Source: Schizochytrium sp. TIO01 (Eukaryota; Protista; Bigyra: Labyrinthulomycetes). From it: a stretch of 64,000 nucleotides of DNA. Location of the stretch: positions 2,108,001-2,172,000 of the forward strand of contig SMSO01000035.1 of assembly GCA_004764695.1 (NCBI GenBank), written 5' to 3'. The notes beneath the pieces were generated by a model. It had not been told where the DNA came from. It searched no databases and was given only the letters and a program-made list of their open reading frames with translations. Every line of letters starts with the position of its first letter. Positions within the stretch are counted from its first letter, which is position 1. Shown here in pieces: positions 31,972 through 44,766 of the stretch. Both the position numbers and the translations under genes were made by a program.

Positions 31972-34900
31972 ATCAATGCTCTTTCCTCGATATTACACGT
32001 GCGGTGGCACATGGATTGGGGCGAACTTGATAAGCTCCCGGTAAAGCGTCACGCTTTAGAGGCACGCTCACTCGCGCCTGTCCACGTGCAAATCACAACG
32101 CCACGCGTTTGCTTTCACCGCGACTCTTTTCCGCACGCAGTAAGAAGTCAAAACCTCCACCAGGTCCAGCGATTCTCCCTTTTTTATAAACAGCAGCACA
32201 CACTTGAGGCGGCGATACTTCAATCGGTACCACTTCAGAGTAACCGTTCACGCCAGTCCTTCTCCCACACAAGTCCCCAATGTCTTCCACTTGAACGATT
32301 TTCTGCACACAAACCAGTTCTGCTCAGCCAGAAGATCAACACTAATCGACTGAAAAGAGGTTTCCCTAGATATGCTTTCGAATCTTGATGTCCAGGTCCG
32401 CTCCGCGACCTTCGCCAGTGCTCTTGACGTCTTCCCTGTAACCAGATCGATCCGAACTAGCCTATTTTACTTAGATGGTGTTGGCTCCTATATCTGTTTA
32501 CCTCTATGTAGACGTAGTAGTACTCCTACCTCGACACCTCCGTGGCTTGCTCCAATTACCGGACTCCTATTGATTCGACTACCAAGGTACCTAGCTATCG
32601 CTCAGGTAATACTGACAATCAATTTGGTAGAATGGCTAAATGAAGTGGAGCGAATGTAATTCAACGAAATCAAGGAATGAATCAACTCAGGAGGAGATCT
32701 AAAGATCGGGTGTGGTGAATGGGCACAGGTACAGACTGCCAAAGACTCGCTCCCTATGACTGCTGTCCTCTTTTCTTAACGGAGAAGAGTGGCCTTACGT
32801 ACTTGCAAAAGAACTGCGGATTCTGACAGCTTCGGACCTGATTTTACAGTCAGCCCCTCCAGGTGTTCGGTCCCAAGCTCGTCACAAAGATAACGAGGAG
32901 CGACGACAGCGAAGTCCAACAAAGACGGAGATAAATCAGGACTGAAGAAGACCGGCAGCAACTCAGGGCGCCGGTGATGCCACAAGAGCAGGCAGAGAGA
33001 CTGGCGGTTCTATTTTCTGAGCACGATCGATCGATCGATCGAGGCCAGTTCAGGCCCAGCTCCACTTAATCTTGAAGCTATTGCTTTTCGCTGCACAGGT
33101 CGCTCACGCAGCACAGTCTTGCCCAAGTCAATGCAGAGGTTTGCTCTTCTTAGTCACCTCCAGCAGGCAGTTCCTGTGCGCAAACTTGTCTCCAAACAAG
33201 GTATCCACCTTCGTGGTCCTCAAGCTATTTTGTCCACGTCGTACAAAGGATGAGCTCCCTCCCTCGCTTGTTGTATCTGTCCTTCTTTGCAGAATACAAC
33301 TCACAGCCCACAAAGTCCCACAGGCTGCCTGCCGCAGACAGACCTCGCTCCGCACCGTTTCGCCAGTTCTGTGCCTTTTAAGGACCAACTTCGTATCCTC
33401 CCAGAGCTGGAATTGGGATTGGGATTGGATTTGATTGTTTTTTGGTGTTTGTTCTTTTTGATAGAGCTTTCTTTTGCTCTTTCGCTCTTCTTTTCAAGTT
33501 AATGAACGCGCAACGCAGCGATCTCAGGCACCAAGAGCGTCGCGGCAGGAAGGTGTACGAATTCTTCTTGGCCACCGCGAGCTAGGCCGCCACTCGCCTG
33601 CTCGACTTGTTGCCTAAGCCTACTGCCAGCTCGCCGCTTCTTCACTAGACTGTCGTGGGTGCAGGTGATGCAACGTGAGATGGAATGGCGCTGGGAGTGA
33701 CTCTGACTGCAATTCTGTGTCGCCTGTATAAAGAAAGGCCAAGTCGTGCTCGAGGCAGTGTTCGCCGTGTCGTTCTTAGATTGCTGACTGGCTGACTTAT
33801 CGACACAGCTCACAGGCTGCTCGAGTTGAAGGGTATGGTGGGGGTGGCACAGCTGTGCAATCACAGCAGTTCCGCCGCGCAAACCGGCACTGGATCGGGG
33901 TTTGCATTCTCCCTCGCTCGCACAATAACTAATTAGTTGCACCGCTTAAATTTCTTTATTTCTTTCTTTCTTTCTTTCTTCTTCTTCTTATTTATTTATT
34001 TTTCACTTGGAAAACATTAAATTAAGGCCTATTCTTCTACTTTACCATTCGGGCTGTGCCTAACAGCGCTCACTGATCAAGCGAAGCGAAATATTATATT
34101 GCAGTAGTAGGTAACTTGAATTCTACTTCATCAAAATAAGAAGCTCATAGGAACTTTTTTATTTTATTTTTTTTACATTAAAAATTAAATTAAAATAAAT
34201 TGCAAAAGTCATGAACAACGAAGGGCCAATTCCTGAACGAATGACCTTACATTACATCTCATCGCCACCAAGCGATCTCTGTCTGCAAGGCTGACTCAGC
34301 TTCAGTTTAGAGGGATCCGAAGCGTGCCGATGTTCTTCAGGTGTCTTGTTCATGACTGTTTGTGCTTCTTCGGCTGTCCTCTTTTATTTTTGTTTTGGGA
34401 TTAATGGCCATAACTCATATTTTTGTCGCGTAGAATAGAGTGCTCTTCTTTTCAACTATAAACTAAAATAAATCGCCGAATCGCTAAGAACATTAGTCGT
34501 GACGCCGTCGCTCATAAAGGAGCCACCGAAGGGCGCCGTTCCCACGAAGAGAACGTGCTCAGCTTTTGCAGATTCGTGGCACTCTGCGGCAAAGCCTCCT
34601 CTTCTTTGGGGCAGAGTCCACTGCCTTTCGGTTCATTGCCTCGTCATTTCGAAGAAGGCCTGGGAATCGAGAAGAAGGCTTGGAAATCGTGAAGCAAATT
34701 CGAGGCAGCCAGCACCTTTTTCATTGAGCTTTTATACATTTGTTTGTTCGTTTGTTTGTTTGTTTATGTTGGCTAAATTATGTGCGAACTTGAGCAGCAC
34801 CACGACAGAATTGTGTGTGCTTTCTTTCGCCTCATCGATAGTTTTCGTAAAGATCTGAAGAGTGACACCACTTCGTGCACGAAGCTATGATAATGGTGCC

Positions 34901-36767
34901 GTAGAAGAGGTCTCGAGACCAATGTTTTGGCAGATGAGGATCCATTCGTGCGAGAAAGAGAACCATTGCAGCGTTTCCTTTTCCAAAACATGTAGCTGGT
35001 AAAGCATGTAGATATATATATATTATATATATATTTTTTTAATCCACACAGGCCTATATATGTGTGTTACTTTATGCTGAAAGTTAAAATAAAGCTAAAT
35101 GCAAAGTATAGGGGGGAAACTTTTCTTTTAGATGGTTGTAAAGCATAATCTCACGATGAAAGGTTCGTCAACAGAGTTGTCGATTTATGAGATTTCATTT
35201 CATTCTTCCCCGCGTTCGTGACTGTTTGCGTTTCTGAAGAACTCCTGCAACTTCGCAATGACAACATGTCTAATTCTGATTCTGATTGATCCGCCATCCT
35301 CTAATTAAAACGTTGTCGGCACCGTCCGATTTGGCACCACGGCGAAAGCAGGCATCGAGAGCAGAGGCGCTAACAGCCCAAATGTGGCGTCTGTTGCAGC
35401 GATCTTTGTTGGTGTCGAGTGAATTCAGAACCTCAGCGTCTTTAAAATGCTGCTTTCGCTCTTCTTCTTCTTCTTCTTTCATAGACTTCGTCGACGACGA
35501 CGTCGACGTTCGTTCTGCTTTCCTCTTTGGGGAATGAACTTGAGCAAATCATATATCCTTATTTCCAAGTATTCTTTAATTTTAATTAAATAAATTAAAG
35601 AAAAGAAAAGAAATAAAAAGGAATATGAAAAGGAATATAAAAGGAATGTAAAATTGAAGATGAAGTCTTAATCCTTCGATGAATCAAAATGAGTCAATGG
35701 ATCGAATCAATGATAGGTAACGAAACCAACTCGAAGATTAACTCCAAGAAACTAGCCAGCTAGATAAAAACAAGCCCAGCCCTTCACCCTCTCGACCCCC
35801 GTCTCAAATTCAAAGTTATTCTAGTTCCTTTTTTCAGCCAGGTATCTACGGCCACCATCGTCACTGTCATCACCACCATCGTCATCTTCAACATCGTCAC
35901 CGCACATACATACATTCCGTGACAAAAAAGCAACAGCAGCACGAATAAAACCGGAAAGGAGCTCGAACAGAAACCAGTGTACTACTGTAATGGTGGTTGA
36001 TGGTTTCGTCGAAAAGCACAATCTCGAGTCGTCTCTGCCGAGATTGATACTGTCTTCTTCTTCATCTTCTCCAACTGAGGTTTCTTCTCCTCGTTCTTCG
36101 TGAATTTCTTTCTGCTACGAACTATTTTATAGCGAATCGGTGTTTAGTATACTGGAAGGCAGAAGACCCTGCAAATATGCGATGGGCGTCGATACTGCCA
36201 CAGACGTGACAGAAACCAACTGATTGATAAACAGGCAACCCAGTCTTTTCGTGTACGATGGCGGTTTGAGAGAAGGCGTCGAAGGCTCCTCTCGCACTCT
36301 GCCAAACCGAAATGCTTTGCAAAAAGGAGAAAGAACTCGCAGTGGGCGAAACAAAATAATTAGGCCTTTATGTGCAGGCGGTAACAAATCAATTACAACC
36401 ATTATTTTCAATGAAGTTAGATTAATTAATTCTAAAAAAATGTAATTAAAGAATTATAGAAACAGGACGCATATGTATTCCTAAAGATGGAGAGGATGAT
36501 GATGACCATCATCATCATCATCCTCGAATTGAAGAAGGATGCTTCAACTCGAAGACATTGCAATTCTTACCTATTGGATGAAGCAAGCCCAACAAACTCG
36601 AAGCAGGTCGTGTTTTTCTGATGGCCTGCGGTTTCGATTCTGTTCGAAGCTGTAGGAGTCCACAATTCTTGCAAAGAAGAACCGGCCCCACGAGCGTGAG
36701 AAACCGGCCTGCGACGAGTCTGGGCAAAATGGAGGAAAGCTTCCAGGGATACACGTGTGAATGTGTG

Positions 36768-36892
36768 TATGTATGTATGTATGTATGTATGTATGTATGT
36801 ATGTATGTATGTATGTATGTATGTATGTATGTATGTATGTATGTATGTATGTATGTATGTATGTATGTATGTATGTATGTTTGTTTGTTTGT
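36768..36892. repeat. (TATG)n microsatellite followed by (TTTG)n
   Basis: About 28 TATG units. Confidence 0.97.
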
Positions 36893-39800
36893 TTATATGT
36901 ATGCGTGTAAATGGTTTATGTATATATATATGCAGATCGTGGACTCTGTGTTCCGTTCGAAGGAAGGAGCTCTTGGTCCGCCTGGTTTGTGCAGAGATTC
37001 CTCGGACGATGAATGAAGAATGGCGAGTGCTGAGCACGTTTTTCACAATAAAATACAAGATCATACGATAATTCTCATAAGCCCGAAAACAAGAAATGAA
37101 AAGAAAAGGGAAAACAGAAAAGCAAAGGCTGCTCAAGCTCAACTTAGGGTTGGCGGGCGGCAGCGTTGCTGCTCAGGGTCGCGGGTTGAATGAATGCCAG
37201 GCAAACCATTTGTTCCTCTGCAGAGCGTGATCAAGCCTCTTTGCATGCCAAGGATGATTGCAGTGTTTCAGAATTCCTCGTTTTGCCTGAGTGACCATCA
37301 CAGGAGTGAGTGCACACCCTCTTTCTTGTTGTTGTCATTTTTCATCATCTCCAATACAAAGTTCTGTTCGTTGCTACTGCCGTGGAAACCGGACCCTCGG
37401 CCATACAGCCGTACAGAAATACAGAACAGAACTCACTCGCTCGCTTCAGTATTTGTACCATGACGTGACCTTATTTGGTGAAATTGGTCGAATGCGGGAT
37501 GTGCCAGCCCACACAAGTGCACTGTTCGCAGCCATCAGAAGGTCACTTGAACCAGCAGGATGACTCGCCCAAGAAGCGACACAAATGTGATCGAAGAGCA
37601 CCTGGATGTGCCAGTGGCATTTCGTGAAGATGATAGTTGCGTTGATAAGTGATTGCTAACGGGACGACTCCTTGAGTTCAGGTCCTGTCAGGCAGCCACA
37701 GCCACAGCCAGAGTCAGTCAATCAATCTTTCAAGGATTTGACTTGCGTGGGCAAAGCTTCGCGCGAGAACACATCGCTGGTGTCTGCGCTGTTGGCGTTT
37801 TGATCAATTTCTGTACAATATCCATTGGTATTGAGATTAATCCAAGCCTGGCTGTAGCGACGCTCAGTCTGATCATGCAGGCTTGAACACCCGGGCAGTC
37901 AGTGTCTCACGATTTCGCAATGCCTGATGGCCTTGATCCGACCTGTTCGTAGAATACTCGTACTACAGCGCGTGTCGGTTTTTGTACCACATGAAACAAA
38001 AAGATAAATGATAGATCCCAGGGTGTGTTCGTTCGCGCGCATGCAGAGCACCCTGAACTTGGATCTTCTTGGGTCTTAAACTTTTTTAGCTTTGGGGTTT
38101 GAAGAGTCTTGACTCGAAATTATGTACCTCGCTTAAGTCACCTGCAGCAGCAGCAGCGTCATATGTCGAGTTATGTTGGCATCACCAGAGTACAGCACAG
38201 TCATACCAGCAAAGGATTTCTATGAAACCTAAGCAGAACAAGAATGCCGGCCTCCGAAGAGTTTGGTAATTGGTAAGGAATGATTTCCTAGCGTATGCAT
38301 AATTCTAGGCGCTCTGCAACAAAGAAAATGCGTGTCTCTATTCTGCAATGAGTGATAGTAGTTCCTAAAGCACTCATTCTGATCAGATTTGATGCGTGCA
38401 GAATTATATTGCCAGACGTAAGTACAGACATTTTGTCTCTTGATGAATCTTCTGGGCCGTTCAAGAAACCACGCCTGTGCAGAGAGGTATCATTCAAGGT
38501 AAACAACCTTCAACCGAAATGGATACGATAACGCTTGCAAAAGCGAAAGAGTAGGCAAATAGCTACGGACAAGCATAGTTCTTTGAGAGGGCATTAAAGG
38601 TGAGCTCCTGCGCGAGCTTTACTCGGCAAGAGATAGGATTGCGCGAAAGAAGTAGGCAGGCGCAGCCGAATTATAAAGAAAATGTTGTCATATATACGCT
38701 CTATGAATATTTGTGTTTAAAGTAGCAAGAGACGATAAATTTACAAGTTGTGGAGTGATTGAAAATATATGTGCAATGTGCCTTATATGTTTTAACATTC
38801 ACAAATAAATTATGTGTTACATGCTGCATACGAGCTCATCATTTATGTACTATGTCTTCGGTATAAAAATTTGTCTCTTAGTTTCTGCAGAAAAATCACT
38901 CAACAGGACACAGGTTTTCCCTACACGTCAACATGGGATACCATACCTCCATAGAAAAACCTTTTTTTGGTTGCTGTAGTGCAGGAATAAGATAGCCTGT
39001 GTTTCGGATATATTCTCATCGATTCTCGCCTCCTTTCCTTAATCTAGAATGAGACCTATCGCAGTATGTTCATGACGGCTCTTGTGGCAATCAGATGACG
39101 CGCGTGGAGCACCAGCAGTGGGTTAGTATTTTCATCTGCTCTGGACGAGGCCGGAGCAGCCTGTGTTTCTCTGTCGCTGTCGTTCTTTCATCTTGAGCAT
39201 TAAATGTTTTCCCATTCTACAGATAGCCAACTATCATACCTACTACCGAATCCCAAGAGTCATGGATTGAGCAGAGGGGCTAAATAAATAAACTCTTGGT
39301 CTCACCCAATATCTGATAGCTGACTCTTCTCAATCCAACCATGTTTCCCGACACCACCGTGGAGTCGCAGCTTGCTTCCTGTAGTAAGACCTGGTTCTCA
39401 AATCTGCCTTACCATGGCTAGCCTCTTCTTCTAGCCCTCTTACATTCGCCGATCGCCTTTCTTTCGTGACAGGTTATGGGCACGAAAGAGTCCACACCCC
39501 AACTAAAACTCGCTTCTGATCGTCCAGTAGGCACGGTCTCTGCGGTGTTCTGCACAGCCTGGCTTTGGTCTTTGTAGGCACTACTATGGTATGCGCACGT
39601 TGTTATAGCAGGAGTGATTCATCTCCACTCTGGCCTTGCGCCAATTATAACCTGCCTGAGTGCTCATTTCATTCACCGAAGCTCTGCGTAAAGACTTGAA
39701 GACGACAGTGATGCCTCCCTGGTATGTTGGAGACGAATCATACGTATGTATGCCTTGGAGATCTCTGTCATTGGGTTGAGTGAGCTCAGCTCGCCGTGCA

Positions 39801-40527
39801 GGAAGCTGGAAGGTCTCTCCAGTCTGTTGGAGCGGGAATCCGCGCCGAAGAGCACCGCTGAAGAATTAAGCATTATAATCGCACGGAGATAACCACAGTC
39901 GCACCGCTGCCGCGCACGCCATCTGTAGGCGGCATTAGTTGCAGAGGTGCCAGGTCTTCGCCGTCCAAGTCACCGGAGCCCTCGAGCCTCTGCAAGATGG
40001 ATGATCTTGTAGTCTGCTCACACAAGTTCTTTCACTAAAAGCTATTTGCGAAGCGAGACGAAATCGATCTCAAGATCGGCACTTCCTGAAGGTCGAACAA
40101 AGTTAGGGCTGGAGCAGAACGAGCTTACACAACTACTGCCCCCCCGAGGCTGCTGCTTTCCTGAGGAGATGCCAAGGTTCTTCGTCTCCTCAAGAGAAGC
40201 CGGACGACTGCGAGCATTCTCCAGGCCCGCGCGTGCTGCTTCTCAATCCACTGCTCACCCAGTTCCACCCGGCTCCTCGCCACTACATTACAAGAGCTGC
40301 TGGAGCAGGAAGACAAGAGGAAAGCAAGCCTAGACGAAGAGCGGGTCCTTTCCAGAACCAGCGTGTTTGGCACCCTTCGCTTTCGTATCGATCGTGGCCT
40401 GCTCGCTTGCCGGGCCCGTCGAAGCGTCGAACGGAGAGAACCTCGCAAGGAACTGAGAAGTCTAAAATCGAAGTGAAGAAAAAGAAGAGATCGAATGAAA
40501 GGAAAGAACTTTGATGAAAGAAAGAAT

Positions 40528-40531
40528 GGAA

Positions 40532-40571
<40 letters not shown>

Positions 40572-40612
40572 AAAGAAAGAAAGAGAGAAAGAAAGAAAGA
40601 AAAGAAAGAGAG
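40528..40612. repeat. (GAAA)n microsatellite
   Basis: Purine-rich GAAA run upstream of the 1302-aa gene. Confidence 0.9.
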
Positions 40613-40857
40613 AGCGATTTGAATGTAAAGAATTGCTTTGTCAATAATTCAATAAATATATAAATAAGTAAGTAATAATTAATTAAGGACAGATTTGTTG
40701 AGAGGGAAAAAGAGGAGAAAACAAATCGCAATAAGTTAAAAAATAGTGATAAAACATTGAGAGAAGAATCGACGAAATCCAAAAAGGCTAAGCAAATCGG
40801 ATTGGAGAGCTCGCTCGCGTTGAGGTTGCCGAGGGCGTCGCCTCACTTGCGGCGACC

Positions 40858-43800
40858 ATGTCGCTCCCGAATGATGCTGCGGAGGACCGCGATACGGACG
40901 ACGAAGACGTTCGCGATGAGATCATCTTTGGCGTGCAGGAAGACAGCAACGAAGCAGCCGAAGAAGACGGTGACGGAAAAGAGCGTGAAGACGAGGTTGA
41001 AGGCAACAACGACGATCGTGCAAGAAACAAACAGCAAGATCAAACTGCAGATCATAGCCAAGAACAACAAGGAGATGCTGAACAAACTCGAGAACTGCTA
41101 AAGGAGCAGGGGGAAGGACTGGACGAGGACTTCGTCTCAGCTTCAGAAAGACGAGAGACCCTGGACGGCTCATCCCAAACTGACTCCGATGAAGATGAAG
41201 AAGAAGAAGTCGTTGAAAGCGACATTGAACATGACAGTTATGAGGGAGCAGACGCAACCTTAAATGCCTCCAAATCAGCCTACGGCATGAGCTCATGGAT
41301 GCAGAGGACCTTGAGTACTGCGGTCAAGGCCCAAAGTCAACTTGGCGAGCTCCTTGCTCGACCAGGAAGACTCTATAAGGAACTGAACCAGGAAAACGTA
41401 GAGCTACGACGACGTGTAGCAGAAATTAGTGTAGCGCTCTCACACGATCGTGTGGAACTCGCTGGCGACCTCACTACAGGATCTGTAATTGCCTTAAAGG
41501 ACAAGGTCTCCGGCGCGGCTATTGGTGTGCAGAACGACAACAAACTAATGGAGATCACTTGGACTCGGGCAGTTCCACACAATAAAAACTCAGGAAACTC
41601 TGCTGAGAAAGAAGATAAACTTGACCAGGAGCTAAATTGGGAAATCATTCCTGAGGCGGCAAGCGTGGGATATTATAGGCTCACTGTGGACGATGTTGAC
41701 CACTGCTTGCGAGCAGATGTCCGCATGAAAGACCTCTTTTGGAGACTTTTGCCAGATAGCTCTGGCGATATGAATCACCATGCTGAAAACGGAAGCTCTC
41801 ATACGAATGGGACGACGGGCACTGTACCCCAGGTTTCCCCTGCGCCGTCTCCATCCGCGGCAGCAACATCATCTTCTATAGCCGAGGGTAGAAAAATTCA
41901 CGCTTCAGCATCATCGGTGAGCTTAGCGTCTGCCGCGTCGAGCGGGTCGCACGGACTCAACGGGCATGCTCGCGAGTCAATTCTTTATTTCTCACCTGAG
42001 GGCAATGAAGTAGTCACGGTATCCGATCAAGTTGCGAGCCTCGTGAAAGACCTTATGAAGCGTTCAAAGGTTTTGCAGTTTGATGGCTTTAAGAATCGTG
42101 CAGATCCTGCGAACGATGCTCAACTCATTGTAAATGCCAAGAAGCAGGGAGATCTCAACGTTCTCGTTCGTCGTGCACCCACAAAGTCCCAGGCTTTGGA
42201 AAGTGCGGAAGATCCTGATGACCCCGCATCAGAGGCAATTGAGGCCAGTTTCCCTGCTAAGCGCCTTCAGGTGTATTGTGGAGGCACTCACGCGCGAGCA
42301 ATTAACCTTGTCCTTGATGAAAAGTCTGTACTTCTACATGCTCGGGCAAATGCTGAGCGTGACGCAGTTGTGCTACTTATCCGGGAACGCCGCAAGACAT
42401 TGCGAGAGCTTCCACGCAGTTATGATTTTGAGCCAACAGAATTATTTGAGCCTCCTCGAATTGAGTCCACTTCGGTCTCAGTGTCTGGTGCAGGGTCTGT
42501 CGCTGCAACCACGGAGCATGGTCAGCAGCAACAACAATCACAAGGCCCTGCCGCGGTTGATTGTGCTTACAGTGAAGTGTGGAAATACTTGGAATATCCC
42601 GCTCTAGCACAAGCTGCTCACGATATTCAGAGCAGCAGCAAGACTTTGAGTGACTTCCCAGTAACTACTCCCGGGGCAGCTTTTTCTGCAATCGCTCGGA
42701 GATTCTCCACGCGTTCAATTCCATCAATGTTTGGCGTTGTGTCAAGCAGCAAGGTGCCTCCAGCTTCTCCGCGTCAGGACCAAGGCAGAAAAACTCGTGC
42801 GGACTCTAAATCGTCAGAGCCTAAGGAACTAACCCCGCCACCAGTCCCCCCTGAAGAGATGCCAGCTTCGTTTGATCTTTACTCAATTGGTGGCTTCGGT
42901 GAGCGCTATGATGTTGAGGTGAACATGATTGATGGTGAAGGTTTGGGCATAACCTTATCTCTTTTTGACGTTGTCCGCAAACCAAATGATGATGTCTTCC
43001 CAGAGCGCGGTGCTACATGCGTCTGTATAAGTGGTTTTTGCCCCACAGTTGTGGCTGGAGAAGAGAGCCTTGGTCAATTAGAGAAAAGCAAGAGGGTGCG
43101 CATTGGAGACGCCCTTGTGGCTATCAATGGCATTCCTGTTGAGCCCTCCGAACCTGTGCGCAAGCGCAAAGATTTGAGGACATATGAGAAATGCACGTTG
43201 CGCCGTGTCGCGGAGTTAGTAGAGCGTGAACGGTTGCATGGTCGTGAGGAATCAGAACGAATTCCTAACCCCGCTGCTCGTATGACCTTTACCTTTGCTG
43301 AGGGGCTCTCTGGACAGGCCGTCAAAATTAATTCGCATCTCAAGTTGCGCGAGGAGCTTGAGGAATATAAGACGAAACTTTACGAGGCCAACGCTCGCGC
43401 CAGTGCTTTAGTCATGCAATGTGAGCAACGTCTTGAAAAACAAGGTGCTCGGACACGAAAGCTTTGTGAGGTTGTTGATGAGGCACGGGCCGAGTCGGAA
43501 CGTGCTAATACGGAACGAACATTTGTATTGGATGAATGTATTAATCTGAAAAAACAATTACACGGGGCTGCTGAAGAAGCAAAGGTTGTTGCTGGGAAAC
43601 ACAATGAGGAGATTGATGCTCTTAAGGAGGAGATCGGCCGATTGAATCAACGGAAGGAAGATCAGGTACGGCATATTAAGCAGCTGGAGGCAAGTATGGA
43701 ATCTTTAGCCAATGAGGGCGAGGCATGGGTTAATACCATTGGCACCAAGGAGGATGCCTTGCGCGCTCTAGAAAAGGAGATGCGGGCTATGCAAATTAAA

Positions 43801-44766
43801 TATGAAAATTCACAGAGTCTCCTTGACAATGCCACAGCAGAACGTGAACGTATTCGCATGGATGTTTCAAGCCGTGATGAGCAAATCACGAAACTTAAAG
43901 AAGAGCTAGCGGCATCTCAGACGAAGCTCGAAGAGGCTAATGATGAAGCTGACAAGCTCACTGCACGAATTCGTAGCGAGGCTGACGAGGCAGCAAATGC
44001 CATCGAGCGGGCCAAGCACAGCCAAAAAACTGCGGCAGCTGAGTTGGAGACAATGCGTGGGCAACTTTCTGTTGCGCAGTCCCACGCTCGTGCTCTGAAG
44101 GAAGCCAATGCTAGTGCAGAACAACGTGCTACGGAGGCGAGCTCTGCTCGGCAAGCGGCAGAGATGGCTTTGCACGAGCAAAAGGAGCTTGTGGCTCTCG
44201 CGCATAAGCAAATTGCTCAGCTCGAAGAACAGCTTCGGAACGAGCGAACAGTACACGAACGCATGCGTCGTGACCGAACTGGCTTGCGAAGCCCTTCCGC
44301 ATCTATCTCCAACACTGAGGAGTCTGGCACTGCTCCTGCATCAGGAGATGCAGGTTTAGATGAAGATACAATCCGTCGCGAAGAGCAGCTGAAAAAGAGA
44401 AACCGTGAGCTGGAAGCTGCAAATGATTTGTTGAGGTCCCAAGTGAAGTCACTCAAATCCCGTGTGCAAGGCCTATCTGCAGAGGTTACGAAGGTAACAC
44501 AAATGGATGCAATAGTAGCTGAGAAAAATGATCTCATGGTCCAGGTCAAGCTGGAGGAGGCCAAGCGTCTGGAAGCTGAAGATGAGTTGACTGCATATAA
44601 GGGCGCTTTACTTAAGTATGCTCGTCAAGCCCAAAAGGACGAACAGGAGGGTCACGGAGAGCCGTGGACAAACCGACCCAAAATCTTTGATCATTTGTAT
44701 AAGACTTTACTGGCAGAAGAAGAGGGATCAAAGAAGATGGGCCGTGGTAAACCTTCGTATGCTTAA
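40858..44766 (+). CDS. Large coiled-coil scaffold protein with Ig-like, PH-like and PDZ-like domains
   Basis: 1302-aa ORF: acidic N-terminus; ITWTR...WEIIPEA...YYRLTVDDVDHCLRADV (Ig-like); ARANAERDAVVLLIR (PH-type C-helix); GLGITL...VRIGDALVAING (PDZ); about 450 aa of coiled coil. Confidence 0.85.
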   Translation: MSLPNDAAEDRDTDDEDVRDEIIFGVQEDSNEAAEEDGDGKEREDEVEGNNDDRARNKQQDQTADHSQEQQGDAEQTRELLKEQGEGLDEDFVSASERRETLDGSSQTDSDEDEEEEVVESDIEHDSYEGADATLNASKSAYGMSSWMQRTLSTAVKAQSQLGELLARPGRLYKELNQENVELRRRVAEISVALSHDRVELAGDLTTGSVIALKDKVSGAAIGVQNDNKLMEITWTRAVPHNKNSGNSAEKEDKLDQELNWEIIPEAASVGYYRLTVDDVDHCLRADVRMKDLFWRLLPDSSGDMNHHAENGSSHTNGTTGTVPQVSPAPSPSAAATSSSIAEGRKIHASASSVSLASAASSGSHGLNGHARESILYFSPEGNEVVTVSDQVASLVKDLMKRSKVLQFDGFKNRADPANDAQLIVNAKKQGDLNVLVRRAPTKSQALESAEDPDDPASEAIEASFPAKRLQVYCGGTHARAINLVLDEKSVLLHARANAERDAVVLLIRERRKTLRELPRSYDFEPTELFEPPRIESTSVSVSGAGSVAATTEHGQQQQQSQGPAAVDCAYSEVWKYLEYPALAQAAHDIQSSSKTLSDFPVTTPGAAFSAIARRFSTRSIPSMFGVVSSSKVPPASPRQDQGRKTRADSKSSEPKELTPPPVPPEEMPASFDLYSIGGFGERYDVEVNMIDGEGLGITLSLFDVVRKPNDDVFPERGATCVCISGFCPTVVAGEESLGQLEKSKRVRIGDALVAINGIPVEPSEPVRKRKDLRTYEKCTLRRVAELVERERLHGREESERIPNPAARMTFTFAEGLSGQAVKINSHLKLREELEEYKTKLYEANARASALVMQCEQRLEKQGARTRKLCEVVDEARAESERANTERTFVLDECINLKKQLHGAAEEAKVVAGKHNEEIDALKEEIGRLNQRKEDQVRHIKQLEASMESLANEGEAWVNTIGTKEDALRALEKEMRAMQIKYENSQSLLDNATAERERIRMDVSSRDEQITKLKEELAASQTKLEEANDEADKLTARIRSEADEAANAIERAKHSQKTAAAELETMRGQLSVAQSHARALKEANASAEQRATEASSARQAAEMALHEQKELVALAHKQIAQLEEQLRNERTVHERMRRDRTGLRSPSASISNTEESGTAPASGDAGLDEDTIRREEQLKKRNRELEAANDLLRSQVKSLKSRVQGLSAEVTKVTQMDAIVAEKNDLMVQVKLEEAKRLEAEDELTAYKGALLKYARQAQKDEQEGHGEPWTNRPKIFDHLYKTLLAEEEGSKKMGRGKPSYA

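Noticed and set aside
32400-39600. Many short ORFs in a gene-poor region, some coding-like (33128-33388, 36518-36754)
   Set aside because: Could not build a consistent spliced model or recognise a domain.
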